Shown one piece after another: positions 50,193-60,572 of a stretch of DNA of 64,000 bases (within the stretch, counting starts at the first letter, position 1; each line of letters begins with the position of its first letter). Position numbers and translations under genes: made by a program. The notes under the pieces were generated by a model. That model was not told the DNA's origin. It ran no database searches and was given only the letters and a program-made list of their open reading frames with translations. Source of the DNA: Roseibacillus sp. GTDB taxonomy: Bacteria > Verrucomicrobiota > Verrucomicrobiia > Verrucomicrobiales > Akkermansiaceae. The stretch spans positions 96,001 through 160,000 of the forward strand of contig JBPOGI010000007.1 of assembly GCA_051251855.1 (NCBI GenBank), read 5' to 3'.

Positions 50193-50921
50193 TTACCCTG
50201 CCTGCTGAGTGATGACGACTTCCTCATAGGGCTGAATCACCACAAAACCGTCTCCTTCGAACTTCATCTGGAAACTCTCACCGCTGCCTCGTCCGATAAA
50301 ACTCCGGAGAGAAACGTCGGTTTTGAACTCAGGTTGAAGATTCCCGCTCCATGCAACCGTCGCATTAGGATCCGTAAAAACAGGGTTGCCAGGGGTCACT
50401 CGGAGGGTTCTTGGCTCATAGTGACTGGTAATCGCCAACATACCTTCACCAGAAATGAAGACATTGAAAAGTCCGCCCGACATCATCGCAGCCATCTTCT
50501 TCATCATCGAAATCTTATGAGTCAGGCTGCTCTCGAAGGCCAACATATCGTTGCCATTCACATAGAGGCTCTCTCCATTCAACTTGATAATGCTCACTTT
50601 TTTCCCCGAGTCAGCGAGATAGAGCTTACCGTTTCCGTCAGCGTAGGTGATCTGCATCCCCTCGCCCGACACTGCCTTTTTCAAAAGACCACCCATTCCT
50701 TGGTCAAGTGCACCCTCACGAGTGAATTTAATATCACCCTGATAAGCGACCATCGCGCCCTTCTTCATATTCACACGCCCATTGAGGTTCACCTCCAACA
50801 GGCGCTCAGTCTCCTTCTCGAAAAAGCCATGGCCTTTATCTTTTTCAGAGGTGGATTGAACGAACTCGTCGAGACTGTAGCTCACTGGGCTACCGGTTGG
50901 CATAGGAGGTGGCGTTGTCAT
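50193..50921 (-). CDS. AIM24 family protein
   Basis: KKGAMVAYQG, GGLFNV, TDPNATVAWS, GRGSGESFQMKFEGDGFVVIQP. Confidence 0.88.
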   Translation of the reverse strand: MTTPPPMPTGSPVSYSLDEFVQSTSEKDKGHGFFEKETERLLEVNLNGRVNMKKGAMVAYQGDIKFTREGALDQGMGGLLKKAVSGEGMQITYADGNGKLYLADSGKKVSIIKLNGESLYVNGNDMLAFESSLTHKISMMKKMAAMMSGGLFNVFISGEGMLAITSHYEPRTLRVTPGNPVFTDPNATVAWSGNLQPEFKTDVSLRSFIGRGSGESFQMKFEGDGFVVIQPYEEVVITQQAG

Positions 50922-51009
50922 AGCAACTTTCTTCTAAACCAATCCGCCCTTAAACCTAAGTCAAAAGGTGGGCATGACTTCATCGATAGAAAAAGACCGC
51001 TTAAGCCGA

Positions 51010-51810
51010 CTATTCCTCAATAATCTCACGAAATCTTCTGACTGTGAGCGCTTTTCCCGTGTCCGTATCAACATCAACAATCATACCACCCAGCTCCACA
51101 GGCCCCTTCGCGATCGGGAAGCGGGTCGGCATCCCCGTCCGGAAACGCCAGACTACACTATCGACCGCCCGGCCCAGCACCGAATAATGAGGCCCACACA
51201 TCCCCGCATCCGTTAGCACCGCCGTCCCTCCCGGTAGAATTCGCTCATCAGCCGTCTGGACATGGGTATGAGTCCCTGCCACCGCTGAGACTTTACCGTC
51301 GAGATGGTGTCCAAAACCGATTTTCTCGCTGGTAGCTTCCGCATGAAAATCCACAAAGATCACCTTCACCCCCTCTGCGCGCAAGCGGTTTACTTCCTTC
51401 TCGGCACGAGTGAACGGATCTTCCAGCGGTGGCTGCATAAAGACCCGCCCCTGCGCATTGACCACCGCGACTTTTCCCTTGTCAGTTTCTAGGACCACAC
51501 TGCCAGCGCCCGTTGTTCCTTCCGGCCAATTGATAGGCCTCAGCAACCGAGGCTCCGTCGGAAAGTAGTCCACAATCTCCTTCTGATCCCAGACATGGTC
51601 CCCCGTTGTCACCACCGCAATTCCCGCCCGCAGCAAGTCGATCGATAGCTTGGGCGTAATTCCCCGTCCCCCCGCAATATTCTCGCCATTGGCGATTACG
51701 AAATCAATTTCTTCCTCTTTCCTCAGCTCCGGGAGCCGACGGTAAATCGCCTCCCGACCGGGCTCCCCCACAATATCCCCCAAGAACAAAATCCGAATCG
51801 CCTCTCCCAT
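51010..51810 (-). CDS. YmdB/TIGR00282 family metallophosphoesterase
   Basis: FLGDIVGEPG, NGEN.AGG.GIT, GDH.WD, DFHAEATSEK, GTHTHVQTADERIL. Confidence 0.93.
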   Translation of the reverse strand: MGEAIRILFLGDIVGEPGREAIYRRLPELRKEEEIDFVIANGENIAGGRGITPKLSIDLLRAGIAVVTTGDHVWDQKEIVDYFPTEPRLLRPINWPEGTTGAGSVVLETDKGKVAVVNAQGRVFMQPPLEDPFTRAEKEVNRLRAEGVKVIFVDFHAEATSEKIGFGHHLDGKVSAVAGTHTHVQTADERILPGGTAVLTDAGMCGPHYSVLGRAVDSVVWRFRTGMPTRFPIAKGPVELGGMIVDVDTDTGKALTVRRFREIIEE

Positions 51811-51878
51811 GCCCTCGAGCAAACCGTATCTCCCCACAAACAGCAATCCAAAGCCGTGAATGCGAGACGAGAATTTCG

Positions 51879-53084
51879 TTACAGAAACAAACTCGCAATC
51901 GAGGCGCTCATCAAATTAGAACACGTCGCCGCGTAAACCGCAAAAAGCCCCAGCCTCGCAATCTCCGGCCGGCGCTCCGGAGCCATCACTCCGAGCCCGC
52001 CCAGCAAAATCGCAATCGAGGACAAATTTGCAAATCCACAAAGGGCAAAAGTCATAATCCCGTGAGAGCGAGTGGAAATACTTTCGGCAGCTTGAAAACC
52101 CTCCAGTGACTTAAAGGCGATAAACTCGTTGGCTACCAACTTCGTTCCAATCAAGCTTCCTCCTTGAGAAGCTTCATGCCAAGGAATTCCAAGCAACCAA
52201 GCCACGGGAGCAAAGGCCCAGCCAAAAAGACCCTCTAAAGACCAATCTGCCTTAAACCACTTCCCAGCCTCCCCAAATCCAAGATTGATCACCGCAATCA
52301 ATCCAATAAACGCCAACAGCATCGCTCCCACATTGAGGGCCAACTGCATTCCGCTCGAAGCCCCCTGCGCAGCGGCGTCAAAGACATTGGCCGGTTTCTC
52401 CTCCTCATCCTGATAAACCTTAACGTTCCGAACCGGCTTCCCCGTTTCTGGCAAAAGCAGCTTCGCAAAAAGAAGCCCTCCCGGAGCCGACATAAAGGAA
52501 GCCGCGATAAGGTAATTCAACTCGACCCCCATGCTCGCATAGCCAGCCATCACCGAACCCGCAATACTGGCAAGTCCTCCTACCATCACGGCAAAAAGCT
52601 CAGAACGGGTCATGCCCGCAATATAAGGCCGCACTACCAGCGGAGCTTCTGTCTGCCCAACGAACACGTTGGCCGCAGCCGAAAGTGATTCCGCATGGCT
52701 CGTCCCAAGAAGCTTACTTACCAAACCACCGAACAAGGTAATGATCCAATTCATTACTCCTAAGTAATAGAGGACCGCAATCAGCGAACTGAAAAAGACA
52801 ATCACCGGCAACACGTTGAAGGCGAAAAAGAAGCCCAAAGAAAAGTCCCCCGCTGGCCCAAAGAGAAATTCAATCCCCTCCTGCCCCGCACCAATAATCG
52901 CCCCCACAAACTCGCTCATCCATCTCAGAGCCGTTCGCCCCCACGGGACAAATAGGACGACCACCGCCACCAAAAACTGCAATGCAAAAGCTCCGCCCAC
53001 CGCTCTCCATCGAATTGCCTTCCGGTCCTTCGAGAGGAGAAAGCCCAATCCGAGCAAAGCTACGATGCCGAGAATTCCAGTCAC
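51879..53084 (-). CDS. CNT family (NupC-like) nucleoside transporter
   Basis: [56 protein letters not shown]. Confidence 0.93.
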   Translation of the reverse strand: MTGILGIVALLGLGFLLSKDRKAIRWRAVGGAFALQFLVAVVVLFVPWGRTALRWMSEFVGAIIGAGQEGIEFLFGPAGDFSLGFFFAFNVLPVIVFFSSLIAVLYYLGVMNWIITLFGGLVSKLLGTSHAESLSAAANVFVGQTEAPLVVRPYIAGMTRSELFAVMVGGLASIAGSVMAGYASMGVELNYLIAASFMSAPGGLLFAKLLLPETGKPVRNVKVYQDEEEKPANVFDAAAQGASSGMQLALNVGAMLLAFIGLIAVINLGFGEAGKWFKADWSLEGLFGWAFAPVAWLLGIPWHEASQGGSLIGTKLVANEFIAFKSLEGFQAAESISTRSHGIMTFALCGFANLSSIAILLGGLGVMAPERRPEIARLGLFAVYAATCSNLMSASIASLFL

Positions 53085-53113
53085 TGGTTATTAGAGCATT
53101 TCATATTCCAATT

Positions 53114-55651
53114 TTACTTCCGGCGCTCCATCGCCTCCAAAGCCTTTTCGGCCAAGAAAGAAGTGTCGTCATTGGAATCTTTCGTCAATGGCTCAATCAA
53201 GGCCATCGCCCAATTCTCGGAGCCCCGCGCCAATATACTAATAAATTCTTTCTTCTCTCGTGAGTCCTTCAACTCTTTCGAAAGGGCCTGCCACATCTTC
53301 TTCTCACTCCCGTCATCATACTCGGCATCACCCTTCAAAAAGCTGATCACAGAATCAAAAGCATGGCTTCGCAAAAAGGTCTCATTCTCTCCCCTCATCG
53401 CACCGATGTGTTGCTCAAACAGTGAGTCGTCACGCCAATTTGCAAGCGCGGCATAAGCAGAGACCTTGAGAGAATTATCACTCGAAGAGAGAGCCTCCTC
53501 CACCGCCTCTGCGGCCTCAGGAGCTCCGGTTGCCCCGAGAAGCCGAAGGAAGGTTTCACGAGGTCCCTTTTCCATAGAACCTTTGAAAGCCGTCACCAAA
53601 TCCTTAGCTGCAGGAGAGTTGTTTGTCTGCGCGACCAAATAGCGTTTAACCGCTCGCTCAGAAGCCCCCCGCACATCAACCGATGGCGAAGACGAAATCA
53701 ATTTATAGAGATCGGAGAGGTGGCGACCGGAAAGATTTTTCCCTGTTGCATCTATCGCCGCTACCACCGCGTCCTTTTCCTTCGATTCTTTTGCGAACTT
53801 CAGAAGATAAGGAACTGCAGCCTCATCCCCCCTCTTGCCGACGACTTGGAACAATTTGGTCCGGACCTGCTCATTGAGCTTCCCCGTGGAGGCGAACTCG
53901 GCAATCCGGCGATCAATATTGGTCCCATCGGTCGAGCTCGACAAATAGAGAGTCTGGTAAACAGCGCCCTTATCTTTATCAAAGTCCACCTCAGCCGAAG
54001 CAGACAAGAAGCCTTCGAGATGTTCTTTGCTAAGCGGAATTTCCGAAACCGTAGGGTCCGTAGCCTGTAACATCAAATCCTGCAGTTCCTTCTCCTTCTT
54101 GCTGGTCCCCATCACATTCATCAGGAGCACACCAGAGATAATAATTGCCACTCCAAGAACAGCGGCGATAGCGATGCGAACCGCATTCCCCGAGCCCTTG
54201 GCAGACTTGAGTTGGTTCGAGGGAGAAGGCGCGGAAGTCGGAGTCGAAGAATCAGTAGACATAGGGGATGTTTGAGAGAGTTGTGCCGCCAGCTGTGTCG
54301 TCAGTTGAGGCTGTGGCGGAGGAGGAACTTGAGCTACTTCTGGTGTTACTGGCGCCACCGGAGTGGTATATTGGGCCGCATGAACAGGAACCGGGCCCGT
54401 CGTAGCTCGCACGACCTGCGCTCCCGTATGAATAGAAGGCTTGGCTCCTTCCGGTGGCGTGATCGCCTGAGGAATCACCATCTTGACGCCACTTGATACG
54501 GACTGTGTAGGAGGTTCTCCTTGTAAGGGTTCTGAAGGAATTGCTGCCGCTACCGGAACCTCCGCTACCGGAACCTCCGCTGGCGGTTCCGTGTTCATAG
54601 GTCCTGTGATCAACTTGGCACGAACGGGAGCACTTTCCGTCACCGCTGCAACCTCTCCCTCGGGGGCCGCCGCTGCAGGCACTCGAGCGGATGGCAGAAC
54701 AGGCACAGGACCCGTCAATCGACTAGGCGTTCCGGACCCACCTTGATTCGTCTGCTCCACCGGAAGACTCGACGCAGAAACCACATCAACGGCCACCGGA
54801 GCGGTCTGCGGAACTGGTTGCTCAAAAGCTAAAAAGCGCTCCAAAGATTCGCGCGCATCATGGGGTCGCTCATCAGGGGTGCGCGCAATATGCCACTCCA
54901 CCCACTGACAAACCCAGTCCGGCAAATCAGGACGATACTCCTTGAGCTTGTGAAACTCATTCTGCAAATGCGCCGCCATAACCAAGGGGGCCGTCTCACC
55001 ATCAAAAGGATAGTGTCCCGTCAAACAGAAGAAGAACACACAGCCTAACGAGTACATATCCGTGCGCTGGTCGAGGGGAACACGCTCGAATTGCTCCGGC
55101 GCCATAAAGTGAATCGATCCAAAGACCGCGTCACCATGATCAATCGTCTGAAGAGACGGAGCTGCAGAAAATTTGGCCAACCCAAAATCCACCAACTTCA
55201 CTTGAAATTTTCCGGAAGGCAACCAAGTCACCATCACATTCGAGGGCTTGATATCACGGTGCACCAAATCCAATTCTTGTGCCGCAATGAGAGCCTCTAA
55301 ACACTGGACCGCGGTCTCGCGAAAGTCAGGCCAAGTCATCGTCCCTCGCTCCACCATTTCATCCAAGGTGCGACCCGAGAGAAGTTCCATCACAACATAG
55401 GGCCCATCCGTGTCCACCCCAGCATCATAAACGGTCACAATATGAGGGTGCTGCACTGAGCATAAAGCTACCGCCTCCTTCAAGAGCGCTTTAGTTGCCT
55501 CATCTTCCTTATCATTGGGATCAAATCCTTCCTCCGTTAAGACCCGCTTGATCGCGACTTCACGATTCAGGTTACGATCGTAGGCACGGTAAACGGCCCC
55601 GACTCCTCCTTGCCCGATTTTTCCCCTAATCTCGTATCGTTCTTCGCTCAT
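53114..55651 (-). CDS. Hanks-type Ser/Thr protein kinase with Pro-rich linker, TM helix and HEAT-like C-terminal domain
   Basis: GQGGVG.V, VAIKR, HRDIKPSN, DFGLAK, APE, DMYSLG; hydrophobic segment IAIAAVLGVAIIISGVLL. Confidence 0.93.
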   Translation of the reverse strand: MSEERYEIRGKIGQGGVGAVYRAYDRNLNREVAIKRVLTEEGFDPNDKEDEATKALLKEAVALCSVQHPHIVTVYDAGVDTDGPYVVMELLSGRTLDEMVERGTMTWPDFRETAVQCLEALIAAQELDLVHRDIKPSNVMVTWLPSGKFQVKLVDFGLAKFSAAPSLQTIDHGDAVFGSIHFMAPEQFERVPLDQRTDMYSLGCVFFFCLTGHYPFDGETAPLVMAAHLQNEFHKLKEYRPDLPDWVCQWVEWHIARTPDERPHDARESLERFLAFEQPVPQTAPVAVDVVSASSLPVEQTNQGGSGTPSRLTGPVPVLPSARVPAAAAPEGEVAAVTESAPVRAKLITGPMNTEPPAEVPVAEVPVAAAIPSEPLQGEPPTQSVSSGVKMVIPQAITPPEGAKPSIHTGAQVVRATTGPVPVHAAQYTTPVAPVTPEVAQVPPPPQPQLTTQLAAQLSQTSPMSTDSSTPTSAPSPSNQLKSAKGSGNAVRIAIAAVLGVAIIISGVLLMNVMGTSKKEKELQDLMLQATDPTVSEIPLSKEHLEGFLSASAEVDFDKDKGAVYQTLYLSSSTDGTNIDRRIAEFASTGKLNEQVRTKLFQVVGKRGDEAAVPYLLKFAKESKEKDAVVAAIDATGKNLSGRHLSDLYKLISSSPSVDVRGASERAVKRYLVAQTNNSPAAKDLVTAFKGSMEKGPRETFLRLLGATGAPEAAEAVEEALSSSDNSLKVSAYAALANWRDDSLFEQHIGAMRGENETFLRSHAFDSVISFLKGDAEYDDGSEKKMWQALSKELKDSREKKEFISILARGSENWAMALIEPLTKDSNDDTSFLAEKALEAMERRK

Positions 55652-55893
55652 GAATTAGTGAACCCGCGACTATCCTTGAAAATACCGCTGGAAACTTCAA
55701 AGCAAAGTTTTCTCTTTCTGAACGATACTTCAGTAGTAAAGAGACCGAATTCTCGAATTTTTTCGAGCTCAAGACTTCAAATACTTCCCGTTGACTACAT
55801 TCCAAGGAGCACGACTATTGATTACCGATAGCTCGAACACCTCACTCGATAGAACCTTCACGCGCCTCCAGTATCTGGTCAAGACCACCCCCT

Positions 55894-58302
55894 ATGAAGT
55901 TCGTTCAACTGCCACTCCAAAGCTTCCAAGCCCTACTTCTTGGCAGCTCATCCCTCACATTCGGGGCCATAGGCAACGCACAGGGCGAGCAATTTAACCT
56001 CCCCGAACTCCTCGAAGACACCCTTGCCTTCTACTGCTACGATTGCCACAACAGCTCAATTAAAAAAGGAGGCCTCAATCTCGAGGACACCCCTTTCAAT
56101 CTTACCGACCCCCACCACTTTGAGAAATGGGCCCACGTTTTCGACCGCGTCGAAAGCGGCGAGATGCCCCCCCAAGAAGAAGAGCAGCCCGACAAAAAAG
56201 AGACCGCCGCCTTCCTCAAAGAACTTTTCCCCACCCTTCTCCAAGCAGATAGAAAGGCGATCGAAGCTGAAGGTCGCGTTCACAGCCGGCGACTCAGCCG
56301 CCCCGAATACGAGAACACCCTTCACGACCTTCTCGGGATCCGCATTCCCCTCGCCAAACTTTTGCCCAACGACGAAAGCGACGGAGAATTTCAAACCGTT
56401 GCCGACGCCCAGCAGCTCAGCCACTTTCACCTCAATCAATACCTTCAAACCGCCGACACCGCCCTCCACATCGCACTGAGCCGCAGTCAAAGGGGGCTCA
56501 AACCTTACTCCCGCAAATTTTGGCCCGATCGCCTGATCGAGCCCGGCAACTTTCGAGGCGGCAATTACCGAGGCCCCCAGAAAAAGGATGGACGCATCTA
56601 CAGCTGGAGCCGAGGAATCGCTTTCAATGGCCGGTTGGAAGCCACCCGCGTCCCCGAAGGAGGCTGGTACCGCATCACCATCAAGAATCTTCAAGCCATC
56701 AACCCCGGCGAAGACGGAGTGGTTTGGGGCACCCTCAAAACAGGGGCCGGCATTGCCAGCGAGGCCCAACTCTTCCTCGCTCAATCCATCGAAGCCACCT
56801 CCAAGCCTCGCGACGTTATCTGTGATACTTGGATGGAAGAAGGCCACCTCCTCGTACTCGAACCCAAAGAAGGAGGCGCAAAATCAGTTTTCCAAAAGCC
56901 ATCCCGCAGCCACCCTTACTATCACAACCGTGACCTCCAAAAAGAAGGCTACACTGCCTTCGCCTTCGACCGCATAGAGATGACCCGCATCTACCCCGGA
57001 GGTTATCGACAGGCCCTGCGCGATAAGCTTCTCCCCGGCATCACCTTTAGCGACGGCCGCCCCGTCCTCACCAACCCTACTTCAGAAATCAACCGGCTCA
57101 TTGCCACCTTTGCCAGCCAAGCGTTCCGCCGTCCCGTCAAGGAGAGCCAACTCACTCCCTATCAAAGCCTCGCCCTCCAGCGATATGAGGAAACCGAAGA
57201 CCTCTTCGAAGCTCTTCACGAAGGCTATCGCGCCATTCTCTGTTCTCCTCACTTCCTCACCTTCGTTGAGGCACCCGGCCCCCTCAACAACCACGCCATC
57301 GCCTCCCGTTTGAGCTATCTTCTTTGGTCCAGCCTTCCGGATCCCACCCTGCGCAAACTGGCCGACCAAGGCCAACTCACCAAACCCAAAGTCCTCACCG
57401 CGCAAATCGATCGCATGCTCGCCGACCCCAAGTCCGAGCGCTTTATCGAGAACTTCACCGACCAATGGTTACAGCTCAATGAGATCGACTTCACCTCGCC
57501 AGATCCACGCCGTTTCCGCAAATTCGATGACAGCTTACAAGCATCCATGCTCCTTGAAACTAGAGCCTTCTTTCGCGAACTGTTAGACAAAGACCTCTCC
57601 GTTCGTCACTTCGTCGACTCCGACTTCGGCATGCTCGATACCCGACTCCAGCGCCACTACCTCCTCGACCATCTCAAGCTCACTCCTGGAGGCGGCATAC
57701 AAAAGGTCGCACTCCGTCCCGAGGACCGCAGTGGACTCACCACCCAAGCCTCCATCCTCAAAGTCACCGCAGACGGCTCCGTCACCTCTCCCGTTATTCG
57801 CGGGGTCTGGATTGGCGAACGTATTCTCGGACTCCACATTCCTCCGCCACCCGCCAACGTCCCCGCCATCGAGCCCGACATTCGTGGTGCCATCAGTATC
57901 CGCGATGAACTTGAAAAACACCGCGCCGACCCCTCTTGTGCCGCCTGCCACACCAAGATCGACCCCCAAGGATTTGCCCTCGAGAGCTTCGATCCCATTG
58001 GCCAATCCCGCACCTACTACGGTAAAAACGCCAAATCAGCCACCGTCGACCCCAGTGGCATCACCCCTGATGGAGAGACTTTTCCTGATGTGGAAGGCTG
58101 GAAAAACATCTACGCCAATCGCCCCCGCATGCTTGCCAAAGCCTTCCTCAACCACTTCCTCACCTACGCGACAGGTGCCGACTCACGCTTTGCCGACCGT
58201 CCTACCATCAACCGCATTCTCAACGAAACGAAAGACCACGACTACGGTCTTCGTTCACTCATTCACGCCGCCCTCACCAGCGATATCTTCCTCCAAAAAT
58301 AA
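55894..58302 (+). CDS. DUF1592/DUF1588-type PVC cytochrome c protein
   Basis: CYDCH, GEMPP, RRLS..EYENTL.DLLG, AFRRP, ASRLSY.LW.S.PD, SPVIRGVW, CAACH..IDP.GFALE.FD.IG. Confidence 0.88.
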   Translation: MKFVQLPLQSFQALLLGSSSLTFGAIGNAQGEQFNLPELLEDTLAFYCYDCHNSSIKKGGLNLEDTPFNLTDPHHFEKWAHVFDRVESGEMPPQEEEQPDKKETAAFLKELFPTLLQADRKAIEAEGRVHSRRLSRPEYENTLHDLLGIRIPLAKLLPNDESDGEFQTVADAQQLSHFHLNQYLQTADTALHIALSRSQRGLKPYSRKFWPDRLIEPGNFRGGNYRGPQKKDGRIYSWSRGIAFNGRLEATRVPEGGWYRITIKNLQAINPGEDGVVWGTLKTGAGIASEAQLFLAQSIEATSKPRDVICDTWMEEGHLLVLEPKEGGAKSVFQKPSRSHPYYHNRDLQKEGYTAFAFDRIEMTRIYPGGYRQALRDKLLPGITFSDGRPVLTNPTSEINRLIATFASQAFRRPVKESQLTPYQSLALQRYEETEDLFEALHEGYRAILCSPHFLTFVEAPGPLNNHAIASRLSYLLWSSLPDPTLRKLADQGQLTKPKVLTAQIDRMLADPKSERFIENFTDQWLQLNEIDFTSPDPRRFRKFDDSLQASMLLETRAFFRELLDKDLSVRHFVDSDFGMLDTRLQRHYLLDHLKLTPGGGIQKVALRPEDRSGLTTQASILKVTADGSVTSPVIRGVWIGERILGLHIPPPPANVPAIEPDIRGAISIRDELEKHRADPSCAACHTKIDPQGFALESFDPIGQSRTYYGKNAKSATVDPSGITPDGETFPDVEGWKNIYANRPRMLAKAFLNHFLTYATGADSRFADRPTINRILNETKDHDYGLRSLIHAALTSDIFLQK

Positions 58303-58325
58303 CCCTTTCCCAATATTTTCGAACC

Positions 58326-59600
58326 ATGGCCAGCTTTCACATTCATACCGGAGCTCAGCTCTCCCGCCGTCACTTCTTGCGCAACGTCGGCATCGTCATG
58401 GGCCTCCCCTTGCTTGACGCAATGACGCCCGCCTTCGCTGCCGCACCAACCCGCGCACCCAAACGATTTGTCGGCATCAGCCTCTCCTTAGGCCTCCACT
58501 CCCCCAACCTCGTTCCCAAAGACGCCGGCCGCGATTACACCCCCTCCCGTTATCTGCGCTCGGTCCAAGACCTACGCGATCAATTCACCGTCATCTCCGG
58601 CACCTCCCACCCCGGAGTCGGCGGAGGACACCGGGCCGAATCCTCCATCTTCACCGCTTGCCCAAACAAAGGCAGCGGCAGCCGCAATACCATCTCCTTG
58701 GACCAATTGATGGCGAAACACCTCGGACACGAGACCCGCTTCCCCTCCCTCACCCTCAATACCGGCGAACAAAAGAGCCCCTCCTACACCGAGAACGGCT
58801 CCATGATCCCCGCCATCGACGACCCCCGCCAACTCTTTGCGCAACTCTTCATCGACGACAAACCAGCAGTCCGCCGACGTCAGACCGAACTCCTGCGAGG
58901 AGGAAAAAGCATTATGGATATCGTCGGAGCTGAGGCCAAAGCGCTCCAACGCGAAGTCGGAGCTGGGGACCGCGATAAACTCGACTCCTGGTTCACCAGC
59001 GTGCGAGAGCTGGAACAACGCCTCGAAATGAACAAAGCTTGGGTCGAAAAGCCCAAACCCAAAGTCAAAGGCCAACCCCGCACCCCAGACAACAACAACG
59101 CTGCCGACATCAAACGTGCTATGCTCGACACCATTGCCATGGCTCTCCAAACCGACTCCACCCGCTTCATCACCCTCCATTGCACCACCAACGGCGTGCG
59201 TAGCATCGAGGGTGTCGACGAAAGCTACCACGGCCTCAGTCACCACGGTCTCGACGAGGAAAAGCTGACCCAACTCACCTTGGTCGAACAAGCCATGATC
59301 AACTCTTGGGGTAACTTCCTTCGTCAACTTAAAGACAGCGAGTCTAATGGACGCACCCTGTTAGACGACACCATGGTCATCCTCACCTCCAACCTCGGCA
59401 ACGCTTCCTCTCATGACAACCGCAACATGCCTGTCCTCTTCGCGGGAGGAGAATTTGTCCACGGCCAGCACCTCGCCTTCGACCAAAAGGACAATTACCC
59501 CCTCCCCAATCTCTACCTCAGCGCCCTCAATTCGATTGGCATCATGCAGGACAATTTCGCCACCAGCACCGGCGCCATGAAAGGCCTACAGATGACTTAG
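58326..59600 (+). CDS. DUF1552 domain protein with Tat signal
   Basis: SRRHFLR, LPLLDAM, ISLDQ, TRFPSL, SVRELE.RL, YHGLSHHG, LLDDT, H...N.P.LFAGG. Confidence 0.88.
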   Translation: MASFHIHTGAQLSRRHFLRNVGIVMGLPLLDAMTPAFAAAPTRAPKRFVGISLSLGLHSPNLVPKDAGRDYTPSRYLRSVQDLRDQFTVISGTSHPGVGGGHRAESSIFTACPNKGSGSRNTISLDQLMAKHLGHETRFPSLTLNTGEQKSPSYTENGSMIPAIDDPRQLFAQLFIDDKPAVRRRQTELLRGGKSIMDIVGAEAKALQREVGAGDRDKLDSWFTSVRELEQRLEMNKAWVEKPKPKVKGQPRTPDNNNAADIKRAMLDTIAMALQTDSTRFITLHCTTNGVRSIEGVDESYHGLSHHGLDEEKLTQLTLVEQAMINSWGNFLRQLKDSESNGRTLLDDTMVILTSNLGNASSHDNRNMPVLFAGGEFVHGQHLAFDQKDNYPLPNLYLSALNSIGIMQDNFATSTGAMKGLQMT

Positions 59601-59610
59601 CTCCCCGATA

Positions 59611-59630
59611 GGAGGGTCGACTTTCGTCGA
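59611..59630 (+). repeat. GGAG-type REP-like hairpin
   Basis: GGAG-GG-TCGAC-TTTC-GTCGA. Confidence 0.4.
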
Positions 59631-59686
59631 ATGACAACGCCCCAAACTCTTTCCTACAACTTGCTTTCACCACCAAGCCGGAGAAC

Positions 59687-59716
59687 AAAAAAGACCGACT
59701 GTTTCCAGTCGGCCTT
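59687..59716 (-). terminator. Rho-independent terminator
   Basis: Minus strand GGCCGACTG-GAAA-CAGTCGGTC-TTTTTT, about 25 nt after the stop at 59741. Confidence 0.85.
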
Positions 59717-59740
59717 CTCAAAAAATAACAAGTCGAAGGT

Positions 59741-60439
59741 TCAACCCTTTTTTAAGATTTCAGGGAGCTTCTTGTCGCTATAGTGCGTCTTCACGACCTT
59801 TTCATCGACAACAATTTCAACCTTCGCTCCAATCAGCTCATCTGCACGGCGACCGCCGGGCGTTACTGGACCGCCTCCTCATCCGCCACCCGATTTGGAT
59901 GTCGAAACCCGTTCCAAACTCACCGTGCTACTGAAGCCTTCGGAGCGTTTCTTTGGATAAATGGTGTAGAGGTCAAGGGAACCCGTTTTCTCGGTAATCT
60001 TCCCCTTGCCCGAATTCGTACCCTTGCGATAATAAATCGTATAATTCGCGGTGACATCTTCCATTACCTCACCCGAACCGTTCAGCACATTAATCGTGTA
60101 TCCCGTAGGAGTGACTGCGCTTCGCATCGTGTCCGAACGAGTGGACTGTCGCTCGCCCTCAAACTCTTTCAGTTGAACCGTGGTCGCGCTTGCCGCAGCA
60201 AGAACCACTCCGTTTTCGCGAATATACGTTTGGTCTTCCTCACAAAGGAGAGAGACCTTAAACTTCACCTCTGAACCATTGTCACGCAGGACCGTAACGG
60301 TATCAGACTTGGAACTATAGCCAATCGCCTCACCGACGAACGACTTGGACTTATCCGCGCTATGGAAGGTCCGCTCCTCAAGGGCAGACGCCGGTAGCAC
60401 CGCCAAAAGGCAGAGGGGTATGAGACGTTTCATTTTCAT
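59741..60439 (-). CDS. Secreted SHD1-like domain protein, candidate selenoprotein (in-frame TGA at 59879-59881, GGG-U-GGG)
   Basis: The 186-aa ORF ends SKSGGG-TGA, but the frame stays open for 45 more sense codons (GGGPVTPGGRRADELIGAKVEIVVDEKVVKTHYSDKKLPEILKKG) up to a terminator. SD AGGAGG, signal peptide, RTF.S.D...G......LL...DQ.YI motif. Confidence 0.65.
59847..59881 (-). promoter_or_regulatory. Candidate bacterial SECIS element
   Basis: After the TGA: stem CGGC / loop GGTC / GCCG, with 24 nt between the TGA and the apical loop. Confidence 0.45.
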
Positions 60440-60572
60440 ATTCCCTCCTACATTAGGACCAAAATCCTAGAAAACGAGGCAAAAATCGCCTCCACCTCCC
60501 TGTCTGCGACAGCATTTCCAACGCATCGTGGGCTTGCCCAAAGCGAAAAAAAGCCTTATCGCACGCGCAACA

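Noticed and set aside
54551..54581. 15-bp tandem repeat
   Set aside because: Only two copies inside the kinase's low-complexity linker; not a mobile or CRISPR repeat.
55745..55870. Imperfect palindromes in the kinase/DUF1592 intergenic region as ncRNA or REP
   Set aside because: Too degenerate to assign.
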